Part shown: in pieces, positions 20,288-30,423 of the stretch
Position numbering within the stretch: position 1 is the stretch's first letter
Layout of the letters: each line of letters starts with the position of its first letter
Source: an uncultured delta proteobacterium
Lineage (GTDB): Bacteria > Desulfobacterota > Binatia > UBA9968
Reading direction: 5' to 3'
Length of the DNA: 64,000 nucleotides
Assembly: GCA_963728565.1 (NCBI GenBank)
Contig: CAVSLC010000005.1
Location: 160,001-224,000, forward strand
The notes under the pieces: model-generated
Seen by the model: the letters and a program-made list of their open reading frames with translations, nothing else
Told to the model about the DNA's origin: nothing
The model's database searches: none
Position numbers and translations under genes: made by a program

Positions 20288-21232
20288 ATGAAAGCTGAAG
20301 GGACAAGGAGCGCATCATCCATCTCGGTGTGGCCCCATCGGCTGGCGGTGATCACGGCTTGCGCGACATTTCCGTTATTGTTTATCGGCGGTCTTGTTAC
20401 CAGCAAGGGCGCTGGGTTGGCGGTCCCTGATTGGCCCACCACCTTCGGCTACAACATGTTTCTTTATCCCTGGTCGAAGATGGTCGGCAACATCTTCTAC
20501 GAGCATAGCCACCGACTGGTTGCTTCAGCCGTAGGATTCTTGACCATTGCGTTAGCCGTGTCGCTATGGTTACAGGAGCGCCGCAAATGGTTGCGCTGGC
20601 TGGGAGTGATCGCGCTCGCGCTGGTCGTCGTACAAGGCGTGCTCGGCGGTTTACGGGTAACCTTGTTGGAACAGTCCCTGGCGATTGTTCATGCCTCGTT
20701 GGCTCAAGCTTTCTTTGCGCTTACGGTAAGCCTGGCTCTGTTTACTTCTCCAGAGTGGCGCGAGAAGATCGCCGAACCGCCGCTCGCCGCTTATGGACGT
20801 TTGCGCCGCCTTGCCAGCGTGACAACCGGACTCATCTACCTGCAAGTGTTGTTTGGCGCGCTCCTGCGGCATACCGGGGAGCGACTCGATGCCCATTTGT
20901 TGTTTGCCGCCCTGGTAACGTTGCACGTTATCCTTCTCACCGCCAGGATTATCAAAGACCACAGTGATCATCGTCGGCTTACCCGTCCGGCGCTGTTTCT
21001 CAGTGCAATGTTGTTGCTGCAGCTATTCTTGGGGACGGTCTCGTATCTCGCTAAATTTACCACCATACTAAGAGTACCCGTCGATGCGACGGTGTTTCTT
21101 ACCACGACGCATCTGGCGGCAGGCGCTCTGATGCTCGCGACAAGTCTGATACTGACATTGCGATCTTATCGTTACCCAACCGTCCGGTCTGCCGCGGGAC
21201 AAGAAGTTTTTACGGAGCAGTATTCCCTGTGA
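20288..21232 (+). CDS. ctaA: Heme A synthase (COX15/CtaA)
   Basis: GLAVPDWP, YEHSHRL and QGVLGG...VH motifs. Confidence 0.88.
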   Translation: MKAEGTRSASSISVWPHRLAVITACATFPLLFIGGLVTSKGAGLAVPDWPTTFGYNMFLYPWSKMVGNIFYEHSHRLVASAVGFLTIALAVSLWLQERRKWLRWLGVIALALVVVQGVLGGLRVTLLEQSLAIVHASLAQAFFALTVSLALFTSPEWREKIAEPPLAAYGRLRRLASVTTGLIYLQVLFGALLRHTGERLDAHLLFAALVTLHVILLTARIIKDHSDHRRLTRPALFLSAMLLLQLFLGTVSYLAKFTTILRVPVDATVFLTTTHLAAGALMLATSLILTLRSYRYPTVRSAAGQEVFTEQYSL

Positions 21233-22137
21233 TGAACTCGAACGCTCAAACCCTCGACTTGCCGACGGCGCGTGTGATTCGCCGGGTAGCGGATTTCTGC
21301 GAGCTTGCCAAGCCGAGGGTTGTGCTCATGGTGCTGATTACGGCATTTGTCGGTTTTTACGTCGGCTCTTCCGATGTGCCGGATTATTCTCGGCTACTTA
21401 AAATGCTCCTCGGCACTGCGCTGGCGGCTGGCGGTACATTGGCGCTGAACCAGTTTATCGAGCGTCGAAGCGATGCTCTGATGACCCGGACGCGCCACCG
21501 GCCGATTCCGGACGGGCGGGTCACGCCGGTAGAAGCTTTTTGGTTTGGCTTGGCGGTGACTATAGCCGGGCTTGCCTATCTCGCTGTAGCCGTGAATGCC
21601 ATCAGTGCCGCAATTACCGCGCTGATCACGGTGACTTACTTACTCTTCTATACGCCGATGAAGCGAAAGAGCCCGTTGTGCTTGATCGTCGGCGCGATCC
21701 CCGGCGCCCTGCCTCCGGTGATCGGCTGCGTAGCCGCCAGAGGCATCTTGGATGTCGATGCCTGGGTCTTGTTTGCAATTCTATTTCTCTGGCAGGTGCC
21801 GCATACATTAGCGATTGCCTGGTTGTACCGTGACGATTATGCGAAAGCAGGAATTCAATTTCTACCGGTCATTGAGCCTGGAAGCTCCAGCACCAATCGC
21901 CAAATCGTTTCTCACTGCGCTGCTTTGCTGGCCGTCAGTCTGTTGCCGACCCTTCTGGGCTTAGCGGGTGCAGTTTATTTCGTAGTCGCGTTCGTTCTTG
22001 GCGTTGGATTTCTCGTCAGTGGGCTCCGCTTGGCAATGGAATCGACCTTGATTGGCGCTCGCCGGCTATTATACGCTTCATTGATTTATCTGCCGGTGCT
22101 GTTGTTAATGATGGCCCTGGACCGGGTGCCGTCATGA
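21229..22137 (+). CDS. ctaB: Protoheme IX farnesyltransferase
   Basis: KPRV, D.LM.RT..RP, YTPMKR and WQVPH motifs. Confidence 0.95.
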   Translation: MMNSNAQTLDLPTARVIRRVADFCELAKPRVVLMVLITAFVGFYVGSSDVPDYSRLLKMLLGTALAAGGTLALNQFIERRSDALMTRTRHRPIPDGRVTPVEAFWFGLAVTIAGLAYLAVAVNAISAAITALITVTYLLFYTPMKRKSPLCLIVGAIPGALPPVIGCVAARGILDVDAWVLFAILFLWQVPHTLAIAWLYRDDYAKAGIQFLPVIEPGSSSTNRQIVSHCAALLAVSLLPTLLGLAGAVYFVVAFVLGVGFLVSGLRLAMESTLIGARRLLYASLIYLPVLLLMMALDRVPS

Positions 22138-22265
22138 GTAAGACGATGAACGGTATTTTTTCAGTAAGAGAAGATCGGGGAAAGAATCGGCGTCTTGGAT
22201 CTGTCTTGGCGTTAGCGCTGGTGCTCTATATCGGCGCGGTTATCGCCTTCATCATTGCATATTGA
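22134..22265 (+). CDS. Small single-TM protein in the cox cluster (43 aa)
   Basis: Manual ORF MSKTMNGIFSVREDRGKNRRLGSVLALALVLYIGAVIAFIIAY, with an ATGA overlap on the ctaB stop. Confidence 0.55.
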   Translation: MSKTMNGIFSVREDRGKNRRLGSVLALALVLYIGAVIAFIIAY

Positions 22266-22330
22266 GAAACCAGATCGGCGAGAGCTGATTGACGAGCGGG
22301 AGCATTTCGTAATCTTAATCCGCGACGATT

Positions 22331-22993
22331 ATGGCAAGAACTTCGACGGCACGACGACTCGACGAAGCGCCGATTGCTCCGGCGACTCGGCTCGAGTTTG
22401 GCGGCGGTGATCCGCCGGCGCCTCCGGTGCAACCCAATGCGCCGATTGCTAGTAATGCTTGGCTCGCAACCGTCATGTTTCTTGGCGCTGAGGCGATGTT
22501 CTTTGCCGGGCTCATCGGCGCGTTCATCGTCTTTCGAATCGGCAGTTCGATATGGCCGCCGCCGTTTCAACCCAGATTGCCGGTCGGTATCACCGGTGTG
22601 AATACAATTGTTTTGCTTGCCAGTGCGGTGACCATGCATATGGCACTCCGCTCGGTTCGTGCCGGAGCGATGCGCCGTCTAAAACGTATGTTGGCCATCA
22701 CCGCCGCGCTCGGCGGTGTGTTCCTGCTGATCCAAGGGTACGAATGGGCTCGGCTGATTCACTTCGGGCTGACGCTTTCGAGCAGTATTTACGGCGGGCT
22801 ATTTTATACTTTGATCGGATTTCACGCATTCCATGTGGCCGGCGCGCTGGCCTGGTTGATTTTGGTGTTTGTGCGAGCCGACCGGGGTTACTTCTCCCGA
22901 CAAAAATACACCGGCGTGCAAGTCTGCGCCATGTATTGGACGTTTGTTGTCGCCTTATGGCCGGTCCTTTACGGTCTGGTGTATTTGTACTGA
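22331..22993 (+). CDS. Cytochrome c oxidase subunit III (copy 1)
   Basis: FLGAEAMFFAGL, NT..L..S, GFHAFHV and YWTFV motifs. Confidence 0.9.
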   Translation: MARTSTARRLDEAPIAPATRLEFGGGDPPAPPVQPNAPIASNAWLATVMFLGAEAMFFAGLIGAFIVFRIGSSIWPPPFQPRLPVGITGVNTIVLLASAVTMHMALRSVRAGAMRRLKRMLAITAALGGVFLLIQGYEWARLIHFGLTLSSSIYGGLFYTLIGFHAFHVAGALAWLILVFVRADRGYFSRQKYTGVQVCAMYWTFVVALWPVLYGLVYLY

Positions 22994-23046
22994 TGGTTTG
23001 TTGACAGCGAAAAGATGATCCGTTAGCTTCGCCTCGTTATCTGACG

Positions 23047-23337
23047 ATGACTGCATCAATGAAAAAGATTCTGCCGCTTGCTTGCCTGGCGCTTTTGGCG
23101 CCGACGCTGGCGCATGCTTGCGCGGTTTGCCTGACCGGCGCAGGTGATGACTCGGTCGCGGAAGCGTTCAACATGAGCGTGTTGTTCTTGATGGCAACCC
23201 CCTATGCCGTTGTCGGCGGGATTGTCAGTTGCCTGATTTATGTCAAGCGTGGCAAGGCCGCGGACGTTAAAACGAAACCGGACGGCGAGCCGGCAATGCC
23301 TTTAGCAACGATTCAGAAGGAGAGTGCAACAAGATGA
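23047..23337 (+). CDS. Small membrane protein with CxxC (ACAVC) after a signal peptide
   Basis: Signal peptide ending AHA, then CAVC, then a TM helix. Overlaps the start of the next gene. Confidence 0.7.
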   Translation: MTASMKKILPLACLALLAPTLAHACAVCLTGAGDDSVAEAFNMSVLFLMATPYAVVGGIVSCLIYVKRGKAADVKTKPDGEPAMPLATIQKESATR

Positions 23338-23942
23338 GTGAAGCTGCTGCGGCGCATCCCGGAGTTGAACCGGCCGAGTCGCCTTTGACTCCCGACAGCT
23401 GGGGCAAACTGGGCATGTGGAATTTTCTCGCCGGTGATGCGATGTCTTTCGGTGGATTGATCGTCGGCTACGGGATCCTCCGTTATTCGAGTTCCAGTTG
23501 GCCGCCGCCCTCGGAAGTCCTGGGCATTAATTTGACCGCCCTGATGACTTTGTTGCTGATTATCAGCAGTGTGACGATGGTTTTGGCATTGGCCGCGGTC
23601 CAGTCAGGCGACAAGGCCAGGTTCAAGAAGTTTATGGCGTTTACGATCCTCGGCGGCGCGCTCTTTCTCGGCTGTCAAGCCTATGAGTGGACGCACTTGA
23701 TCCATGAGACACTGCCTCACCATAAGCTTTCGTTCTCGAGTCACCTATTTGCCACGACATTCTTCGTTCTGACCGGCTTCCACGGCCTGCATGTAACCGG
23801 TGGTGTCATCTACAACACAGTGGTGCTGACATTGGTCAGCAAGGGCCGATGGGGCGCCAATCACGTCGAGATTGCCGGTCTTTATTGGCATTTCGTCGAC
23901 CTGGTGTGGATTCTGATCTTCACGTTTGTCTACTTACTGTAG
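23334..23942 (+). CDS. Cytochrome c oxidase subunit III (copy 2)
   Basis: KLGMW.FL..D, TGFHGLHV and GLYWHFVDLVW motifs. Confidence 0.92.
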   Translation: MSEAAAAHPGVEPAESPLTPDSWGKLGMWNFLAGDAMSFGGLIVGYGILRYSSSSWPPPSEVLGINLTALMTLLLIISSVTMVLALAAVQSGDKARFKKFMAFTILGGALFLGCQAYEWTHLIHETLPHHKLSFSSHLFATTFFVLTGFHGLHVTGGVIYNTVVLTLVSKGRWGANHVEIAGLYWHFVDLVWILIFTFVYLL

Positions 23943-23959
23943 GTTCTTAGGGGAACGAC

Positions 23960-24238
23960 ATGGCTACGACAACTCATACGCATCCTAATTACATGGGGAT
24001 TTTTTGGGTGCTTCTGGTGCTCACGGTGGTGGAGGTAGGGATTACCTTTTTAGGACTGCCGAAAATGTTGCTGGGTTCTCTGCTCGTGATCCTGGCGGTA
24101 TGGAAAGCCGCACTGGTGGCGATGTATTTCATGCATCTGAAGTTTGAGCGAAAAACTCTGGCAATGATCGCGATTGTGCCGTTTATCCTCTGTCTGTTCT
24201 TGATTTTGATGCTGCTGCCCGATATCGGTCCCGCTTGA
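23960..24238 (+). CDS. Cytochrome c oxidase subunit IV family protein
   Basis: LLVLTVVE and KAALVAMYFMHLKFE motifs. Confidence 0.9.
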   Translation: MATTTHTHPNYMGIFWVLLVLTVVEVGITFLGLPKMLLGSLLVILAVWKAALVAMYFMHLKFERKTLAMIAIVPFILCLFLILMLLPDIGPA

Positions 24239-24663
24239 TTGAAATCACTTCCTTGCCGGCGCTTAACGCGGCGCTAAATTCACTCAGCGCCGTTCTGTTG
24301 TTAACCGGCTATCGGTTTATCAGAGCTGGCAATCAATCAGCGCACCGCGCCAGCATGCTCGCAGCATGCGCTTGCTCGACCCTGTTTTTGATTTCCTATC
24401 TGGTTTACCACTTTCATGTCGGTTCCGTGGCTTTCAAAGGTCAAGGCTTGATCCGGCCAATCTATTTTACGATTCTGATTTCGCATACCATCCTGGCGAC
24501 CGCGGTTGTGCCGCTGGCGATCATCACCTTACTTCGAGGTCTGCAGGAAAATTTCATCAAGCATCGTCGTATCGCCCGATGGACCTTTCCGATATGGATG
24601 TATGTTTCCGTCACCGGCGTAATCGTCTATTGGATGCTTTACTGGTTGGTTCCATCGCGTTGA
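24235..24663 (+). CDS. DUF420 membrane protein (CtaM-like)
   Basis: LNAALN, AHRASM, FLISYL.YH, ILISHTILA and HRRIARWTFPIWMYVSVTGV motifs. Confidence 0.9.
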   Translation: MIEITSLPALNAALNSLSAVLLLTGYRFIRAGNQSAHRASMLAACACSTLFLISYLVYHFHVGSVAFKGQGLIRPIYFTILISHTILATAVVPLAIITLLRGLQENFIKHRRIARWTFPIWMYVSVTGVIVYWMLYWLVPSR

Positions 24664-24785
24664 TTGCTGATCTGGCGGCGGTTGTGTTCCGCGCGGGATC
24701 CGCAGTACAGATGAGCGACATCACTGAGAATGCGCAGTCTGACTTCGCATCAATATCTTTGATCTCGAGATTGTGGAGGGTTTTC

Positions 24786-25586
24786 GTGAAAACTATTGGA
24801 ATCGTCGGTTGCGGCGCCATCGGTCGCGCGCTGGTTGCGGCCAGGGAAAGCGGCAGTTTGCCTGTGCGCATCGCGGGGATTACCAGTCGAAGCGAGCAGC
24901 ATGCGATTGAGTTTCTCTCTAGGTTCAAAAGCCCTCCACCGTACCTGTCGTTGCCCGAGCTGATCGACGCTGCCGATTTGCTCGTCGAAGCGGCCGGCGG
25001 CCCGGTCGTGCCTGGATTGGCAAAGGATGTCTTTGCAGCGGGCAAGGATCTTATGGTGATCAGCGTTGGCGCTCTGCTCGACCATCCGGAGATCATCGAA
25101 ACCTCCCGCCGCACCGGTTGCCGCTTATATATCCCATCTGGAGCCATCGTGGGTTTGGACGGCATCAAATCGGCTTGTGTGGGGCAGATCACGCATGTCA
25201 CGATGACCACGCGCAAGCCGCCTGGCGGACTGGAAGGCGCGCCGCATCTCGTGCAAAACCAGATCTCGCTAGACGGACTGGCTGAAGAAACGGAGGTCTT
25301 CTCCGGCACCGCCCGCGAGGCGTGCAAAGGATTTCCGGCCAACGTGAACGTTTCGGCCGCGGTGAGCCTGGCCGGCATTGGTCCTGATCGAACGCGAATT
25401 CGCATCCTGGCCGTTCCGGGGCTCAAGCGGAATTGCCATGACATCGAAATCGAAGGCGAGTTCGGCCGCATGCTGATGCACATCGAAAATGTTCCCAGCG
25501 AAAATCCGAAAACCGGAAAATTGACTGTGCTGTCGATCATTCGCGCGCTGCGCGACGTCGTAGATCCCGTGCGCATCGGCAACTAG
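24786..25586 (+). CDS. nadX: L-aspartate dehydrogenase
   Basis: GCGAIG, VEAA, SVGAL, PSGAIVGLD, FPANVNV and NPKT motifs. GTG start after GGAGG. Confidence 0.88.
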   Translation: MKTIGIVGCGAIGRALVAARESGSLPVRIAGITSRSEQHAIEFLSRFKSPPPYLSLPELIDAADLLVEAAGGPVVPGLAKDVFAAGKDLMVISVGALLDHPEIIETSRRTGCRLYIPSGAIVGLDGIKSACVGQITHVTMTTRKPPGGLEGAPHLVQNQISLDGLAEETEVFSGTAREACKGFPANVNVSAAVSLAGIGPDRTRIRILAVPGLKRNCHDIEIEGEFGRMLMHIENVPSENPKTGKLTVLSIIRALRDVVDPVRIGN

Positions 25587-25594
25587 AGTGGCTG

Positions 25595-27190
25595 ATGAAC
25601 AATAGCGATGTCATTGTCGGCATGCTGGAGAAAGCAGGCGTGCGCTGGGTTTTCGGTGTACCCAGCGGTCCGGTCCTTCCGCTGATCGAGTCGTTGCAGC
25701 GAAGTTCCATTGAATTCATTCTGACGGCGAGTGAAACGTCAGCAGGGTTTATGGCATCGGTGGTTGGATACTTGACCGGGCGCCCGGGTGTTTGTGTTTC
25801 TACGGTGGGGCCCGGAGCGACCAACCTTACCACTGGCGTGGGTTGCGCCTGGCTCGATCGGGCGCCGGTGCTGGCGCTGACGTGCAATGTTTCGAGCGCC
25901 TGGCTCGGCCGCCGCATTCAGATGCGCATTGATCATCAAGCCTTATTCAAGCCGATTACCAAGGGAACTTTTTCTTTTAGCGAAGGCCAGGTCAGTCAAT
26001 TATTGGCGCAGGCCTTGGCGATTGCCGGTGACGAACCGCCCGGACCGGTTCATCTGGATTTCCCTGAAGACGTGGCTCTAGCGAGTGGAGCCGAGGAGTG
26101 GAATCACGCGATTGAGGCGAAACTCCTTGCGGATTGTTCCGAATCGATCGCTCAAGCGCTTTCGCAAGCTCTCCATAAATCGCAGCGGCCGCTGGTGGTC
26201 ACCGGACTTACTTTCGCCCGCCATAACAATTCGGACAAGCTGCTGCAGTTTATCGAACGACAAAAGATACCTTTCGTGTCGACGCTCCATGGCAAAGGCT
26301 TTTTACCGGAGAGCCATTTGAATTGGGCGGGCGTCATCGGCCGCGCGCGCCGAACCGACATCAAACGTTTCACCGCTCAGGCCGACTTGATTATTGCGGT
26401 GGGTTACGATCCGATCGAGATGAATTATGAGGAATGGGTTGGCCAAACTCCGGTCATCCATATCAGCACCGAGCCGGCTGAGGATGATGGCAGTATCACA
26501 TTTATCTGGAATCAGTCTTGTAATTTCGATGCGGCGGTTACCGCGATGGCAAAGGCTCCGCCAGTTTCCAACATATGGTCTGTCGAGGATTGGCGCGAAC
26601 ATCGTATGTCATTCGATCGCGCGCTGCGTCCGGCCGGCAGCCGGTTTGCCGCGCATCACGTGTTGGATATTCTGCGTGAGAAGCTCGCATCCGATGGCAT
26701 CCTTGCCTACGATGTCGGCGCGCATACGCATCAAATCGCCAGTCAATGGCGCACCGATTGTCCGAAGTCCTTGCTTGCCACCAATGGCTGGTCCTCCATG
26801 GGCTATGGCATGCCGGCGGCATATGCGGCCAAGCTGGTGTTCCCTAACCGAGAAGTTGTTGCGGTGGTAGGCGACGGCGGCTTTCAGATGACCGCGGGCG
26901 AACTATCGCTTGCGCGCCGCTTGCGCTTGCAAGTGCCGGTGATCGTTCTGAACGACGGCTGGCTGGGTTTGATGAAAGTGAAGCAGGAGCGCAAGCACTA
27001 CCATCTCTCGGGAGTTCATCTCGGTCCGCCGCCCGAGTCGCCGCCACATTATTTCGGTGTGCCATGCCGGCCGGCTAAAACTCCTGATGAATTCAGTCAG
27101 GCGCTGCAATGGGCGTTGACACTGGACGGTCCCAGCATCATCGAAGCTTTCATCGATGTCGAGCCTTACTCCCAGACCGTCTTCGACTGA
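25595..27190 (+). CDS. Thiamine pyrophosphate-binding enzyme (acetolactate synthase-like)
   Basis: GPGATN, SMGYGMP and GDGGF...NDG ThDP motif. Confidence 0.9.
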   Translation: MNNSDVIVGMLEKAGVRWVFGVPSGPVLPLIESLQRSSIEFILTASETSAGFMASVVGYLTGRPGVCVSTVGPGATNLTTGVGCAWLDRAPVLALTCNVSSAWLGRRIQMRIDHQALFKPITKGTFSFSEGQVSQLLAQALAIAGDEPPGPVHLDFPEDVALASGAEEWNHAIEAKLLADCSESIAQALSQALHKSQRPLVVTGLTFARHNNSDKLLQFIERQKIPFVSTLHGKGFLPESHLNWAGVIGRARRTDIKRFTAQADLIIAVGYDPIEMNYEEWVGQTPVIHISTEPAEDDGSITFIWNQSCNFDAAVTAMAKAPPVSNIWSVEDWREHRMSFDRALRPAGSRFAAHHVLDILREKLASDGILAYDVGAHTHQIASQWRTDCPKSLLATNGWSSMGYGMPAAYAAKLVFPNREVVAVVGDGGFQMTAGELSLARRLRLQVPVIVLNDGWLGLMKVKQERKHYHLSGVHLGPPPESPPHYFGVPCRPAKTPDEFSQALQWALTLDGPSIIEAFIDVEPYSQTVFD

Positions 27191-27447
27191 ACTCAATCCT
27201 CGTATAAAAATCAGCAACTACTACCAAGCGACGGGTCCGGTGGCGCAAGGGCATAGAACCCATAGTATCCAATTCCAATTCCTTATGGTGCATGGTTCAG
27301 GGTTCATAATTTTCGCGTCACCTGCAGCATCGGCTGCGGTTTCTAACCGGGGATCGGCCACGGACGCATTGCTTTGGCGCCTCAGAGTTAGCGGGCTTCT
27401 CGCTGTCACTTCGACCGACGGAGCCTGGCCTGAAAGCAGATGCATCG

Positions 27448-28662
27448 ATGGATGAATCATTCGTCAGACGGGATCGCTTTCGCTGGGCGATTCTCGCGTT
27501 GATCAGCGCTTCTCACGTGATCGGCGCGGCGGCGCAATACGGCATCAATACTTTAGCGCCTTTCTACAAAGAAGAACTGAGTTTGTCGCGCGCGCAAGTC
27601 GGTCTATTTTTCTCGGCGTTTTACCTGGCGATGACCGGCGCTTCCTTCGGCACAGGATGGCTCGCCGACCGGCTCGGCGTGCGCAAGACGTCCTTGCAGG
27701 GACATCTGATTCTAGGCCTGTGCACCCTTGCGGCTGCGCTTGCGCCTTCCTTCACTTGGGCCTTCGCCAGCTTTTTTCTTGCCGGGTTTGGCTATAGTTT
27801 TCTTAATCCGGCATCGACCAAAGGCGTGATGTCGTGGTTTCATCGCGATCAACGGGCCACGGCAATGGGCATCAAGCAGACTGGAGTACCGGCGGGCGGT
27901 GTCGTGACCGCGATGCTCGCGCCTGCGCTGGTCTTGCTCATCGGCTGGCGCGGCGCGCTGGCTGCGCTGGGCATGATCAATTTTCTATTCGGCTTTTTGT
28001 TCTGGTTTTTCTGGCGCGACCCGGTAGGAAATTCGCTCAAACAAGATTTTCCGGAGCGTGCGGCGGATGATGCGACAGCGCCGCTCGACATCTGGAGTCT
28101 TCTTCCAGTCAGCTGCGGCACCGCCATTTACCTGGTCGGGCAAATGGCTTTGATCACCTATACACCGCTCTATTTGAAAGATGCGATGGGCTTTTCCCCG
28201 TACTGGGCGAGCCAGGCTTTGGCCCTAACACAGGCCGGCGGCATGGTAGGACGCATCGGTTGGGGCGTTGCCAGCGACCGGCTGTTTGACGGCCGGCGCA
28301 AAATCGTTTTGGTTGTCATCGGCGTATCGTCGGCACTTCTGATTCTGGCGTTGAGCCTGATGACGCCGGAATCGTCGACTTACCTGTTGCTACCTCTATT
28401 GTTTTTAGCGGGCGTCTGCCTGGTCGGGTACCAAGGCGTTTCCTACGCGCTTATCGGCGAGATCGCCGGCAAAGCCAGAACCGGGGCGGGTTTGGGCCTG
28501 ATGATCACGATCAACGCGGGATGCGCGACTCTCGGCACACCGATCTTCGGCTACATCGTCGATCGCACCGGATCGTATGCCATCGCATGGCAGGTGCTGG
28601 GGGCGTTTCTTACGGTGGGTATTATCGGATTGGTTACTTTGCTAAAGGATCCACGGGAGTGA
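27448..28662 (+). CDS. MFS transporter
   Basis: GWLADRLGVR motif A and about 12 TM segments. Confidence 0.92.
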   Translation: MDESFVRRDRFRWAILALISASHVIGAAAQYGINTLAPFYKEELSLSRAQVGLFFSAFYLAMTGASFGTGWLADRLGVRKTSLQGHLILGLCTLAAALAPSFTWAFASFFLAGFGYSFLNPASTKGVMSWFHRDQRATAMGIKQTGVPAGGVVTAMLAPALVLLIGWRGALAALGMINFLFGFLFWFFWRDPVGNSLKQDFPERAADDATAPLDIWSLLPVSCGTAIYLVGQMALITYTPLYLKDAMGFSPYWASQALALTQAGGMVGRIGWGVASDRLFDGRRKIVLVVIGVSSALLILALSLMTPESSTYLLLPLLFLAGVCLVGYQGVSYALIGEIAGKARTGAGLGLMITINAGCATLGTPIFGYIVDRTGSYAIAWQVLGAFLTVGIIGLVTLLKDPRE

Positions 28663-28805
28663 ATACTGTTGAAACGTCAGATCGTTCAACACGGACTCAG
28701 TAGGCTTACAGCACCCTGGGGTCTACCAGGTCTCTATATTTAGGCGAGCAGGCTATGTGTGTCACGGCCCGCGGTGGTAATGTTGTGTCCGGTGCTTTGT
28801 CGAAC

Positions 28806-29495
28806 TCATCTGATAAAGAGTGCGGCTCCCGCCGCCTTGGTTGCGGTGAAAACACCCAGCTTCGTCACTGTATAGTGGCCAGAAGCGTAGACAGGGCCTT
28901 CATTCAAGCGGTATCCGAAGCCCATCGTTAGGTGAAGCTGACTGCGATATTCCATATCCATGAGGTGATCGATCTCGACGTAATAGCCCTCGAAAAGACC
29001 GGCTGGAGTGTCAAATTGAGAAAACGATGGCGGCTTTAAAAGATGGGTGACACGGCCGCCACGCTTAAGTTTGCCGGTTTCAAGATTGTACATTTTGTAT
29101 CCTGTCTCGCTCCTCATGACGGATGAATTGATGTTGGCCGGCATGATTGGCAGCGCCGGTTCGTAGAGGATGTAACTGTCGTTCTTAACCAAATCGAGTC
29201 GCTCCATCATCAGCGCACCGTCTGATCCTCGCACCACGTGAATGGCCGCGTAATCTCCGAAGATAAGCTTCCATCTTTTTTCGTTTGAAAGATCAGGTTG
29301 GGATATCAGCGAGACCACTCGGCCACGGTCCTTGCCTTCGGTGATTTTGAATTGCTTCTGCCAACTAGCAAGCGGGATAAGCTCGCGGACAGTTGCCTCG
29401 TTCGACATCGGAAACGACCATGCGACCTTGGCGCTGGCGAACGTCACTAAGAAACAAACTACGAGATTTATAACCAAACAGGGAAAGCGTCGCAT
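28806..29495 (-). CDS. Hypothetical exported protein
   Basis: Long ORF with a signal-like N-terminus (MRRFPCLVINLVVCFLVTFASA). No family recognised. Confidence 0.6.
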   Translation of the reverse strand: MRRFPCLVINLVVCFLVTFASAKVAWSFPMSNEATVRELIPLASWQKQFKITEGKDRGRVVSLISQPDLSNEKRWKLIFGDYAAIHVVRGSDGALMMERLDLVKNDSYILYEPALPIMPANINSSVMRSETGYKMYNLETGKLKRGGRVTHLLKPPSFSQFDTPAGLFEGYYVEIDHLMDMEYRSQLHLTMGFGYRLNEGPVYASGHYTVTKLGVFTATKAAGAALFIR

Positions 29496-29668
29496 CTTTC
29501 GTTTTTCCTCTATAACGATCTTTATCCACCCTTCAGGAAGCAACTTTAGAGAATTGACTGGATTTCCAGGTTCCTAGTACAAAATGTTGGATTGACCCGC
29601 CAGAGGCTAGAAGCACATCGTGATGCAGCGCCACCTCTTGATAACGTCTTCAAAGCAGTACAAGAAGC

Positions 29669-29696
29669 CGAAAGGCCGGAGTTATCCGGCCTTTCG
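29669..29696 (-). terminator. Hairpin terminator after the PG-binding gene
   Basis: CGAAAGGCCGGA-gtta-TCCGGCCTTTCG 12-bp stem with a weak U-tract. Confidence 0.55.
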
Positions 29697-29724
29697 CATC
29701 GTTGATTCGGTCTACTTGGTTGAT

Positions 29725-30201
29725 CTATTTGGCGCTCGATTTGCCAGTGGATCCGGTCGATTTGTCGGTAGATCCGCTTGGCATGCCGCTCGAGCCGGTG
29801 GATTTATCGCCTGCCTTAGTTGATGAACTTAGATTTACTCCTAACGCTGCCGCCGTTTTTTCATCCACGGTACCGGTCAAGGTAAGATTATTGGCCTTTT
29901 GAAATGCTCGAATCGCATCGCGGGTTTGGTCGTCCATCTTTCCGCTCGTCCCCGGCTTATGACCCTTAGCTTTCAAAGCGTCTTGTACCTTTTTAATATC
30001 CTGAGCAGACATTGCAGCGCCTGTTTTACTCTCGGACGCCCTCGGCGGTAACGCTTGATCATCGTTCGGTTTTGTCGGGATTCGGTCCTGGGCCGCGGGT
30101 ACGCTCTTTTTTTCGACGGTTTGTGCCCACAGTGGATTTGCTGCCAAGCCGATTGTTCCTCCAAGGATTACTGCGGTCAGCATTGATCGTTTATTTTTCA
30201 T
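29725..30201 (-). CDS. Peptidoglycan-binding domain protein
   Basis: Signal peptide, IKKVQDAL...G..D..T..AIRAFQ....L..TG.VD..T..AL (PG_binding_1), and a Ser/Thr/Gly-rich tail. Confidence 0.85.
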   Translation of the reverse strand: MKNKRSMLTAVILGGTIGLAANPLWAQTVEKKSVPAAQDRIPTKPNDDQALPPRASESKTGAAMSAQDIKKVQDALKAKGHKPGTSGKMDDQTRDAIRAFQKANNLTLTGTVDEKTAAALGVNLSSSTKAGDKSTGSSGMPSGSTDKSTGSTGKSSAK

Positions 30202-30423
30202 CTTTATTCCTCATATGCCAGGTTGAAAACGTAGACAATCGGATAGGTGTGCGAAGTAAAACTCCTCCACTTCGCGGGGAATGAGTGAAAAATGGAGAAA
30301 TACAGGAGGTAGTAACGGTTGGCCTAATCCACTTCTGGTATCAAGCTAAGCATGAAAAGGGGCTTGTCAATCGCTCTCTCACGATTGACCGGCAGCTTCT
30401 TAAAACCTCATCCGAACTGAGTT

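Noticed and set aside
24611-25582. Long antisense ORFs (323 aa here, 319 aa at 8389-9348, 270 aa at 19062-19874, 262 aa at 46547-47335)
   Set aside because: These are shadow ORFs opposite well-supported genes in GC-rich DNA and carry no motifs.
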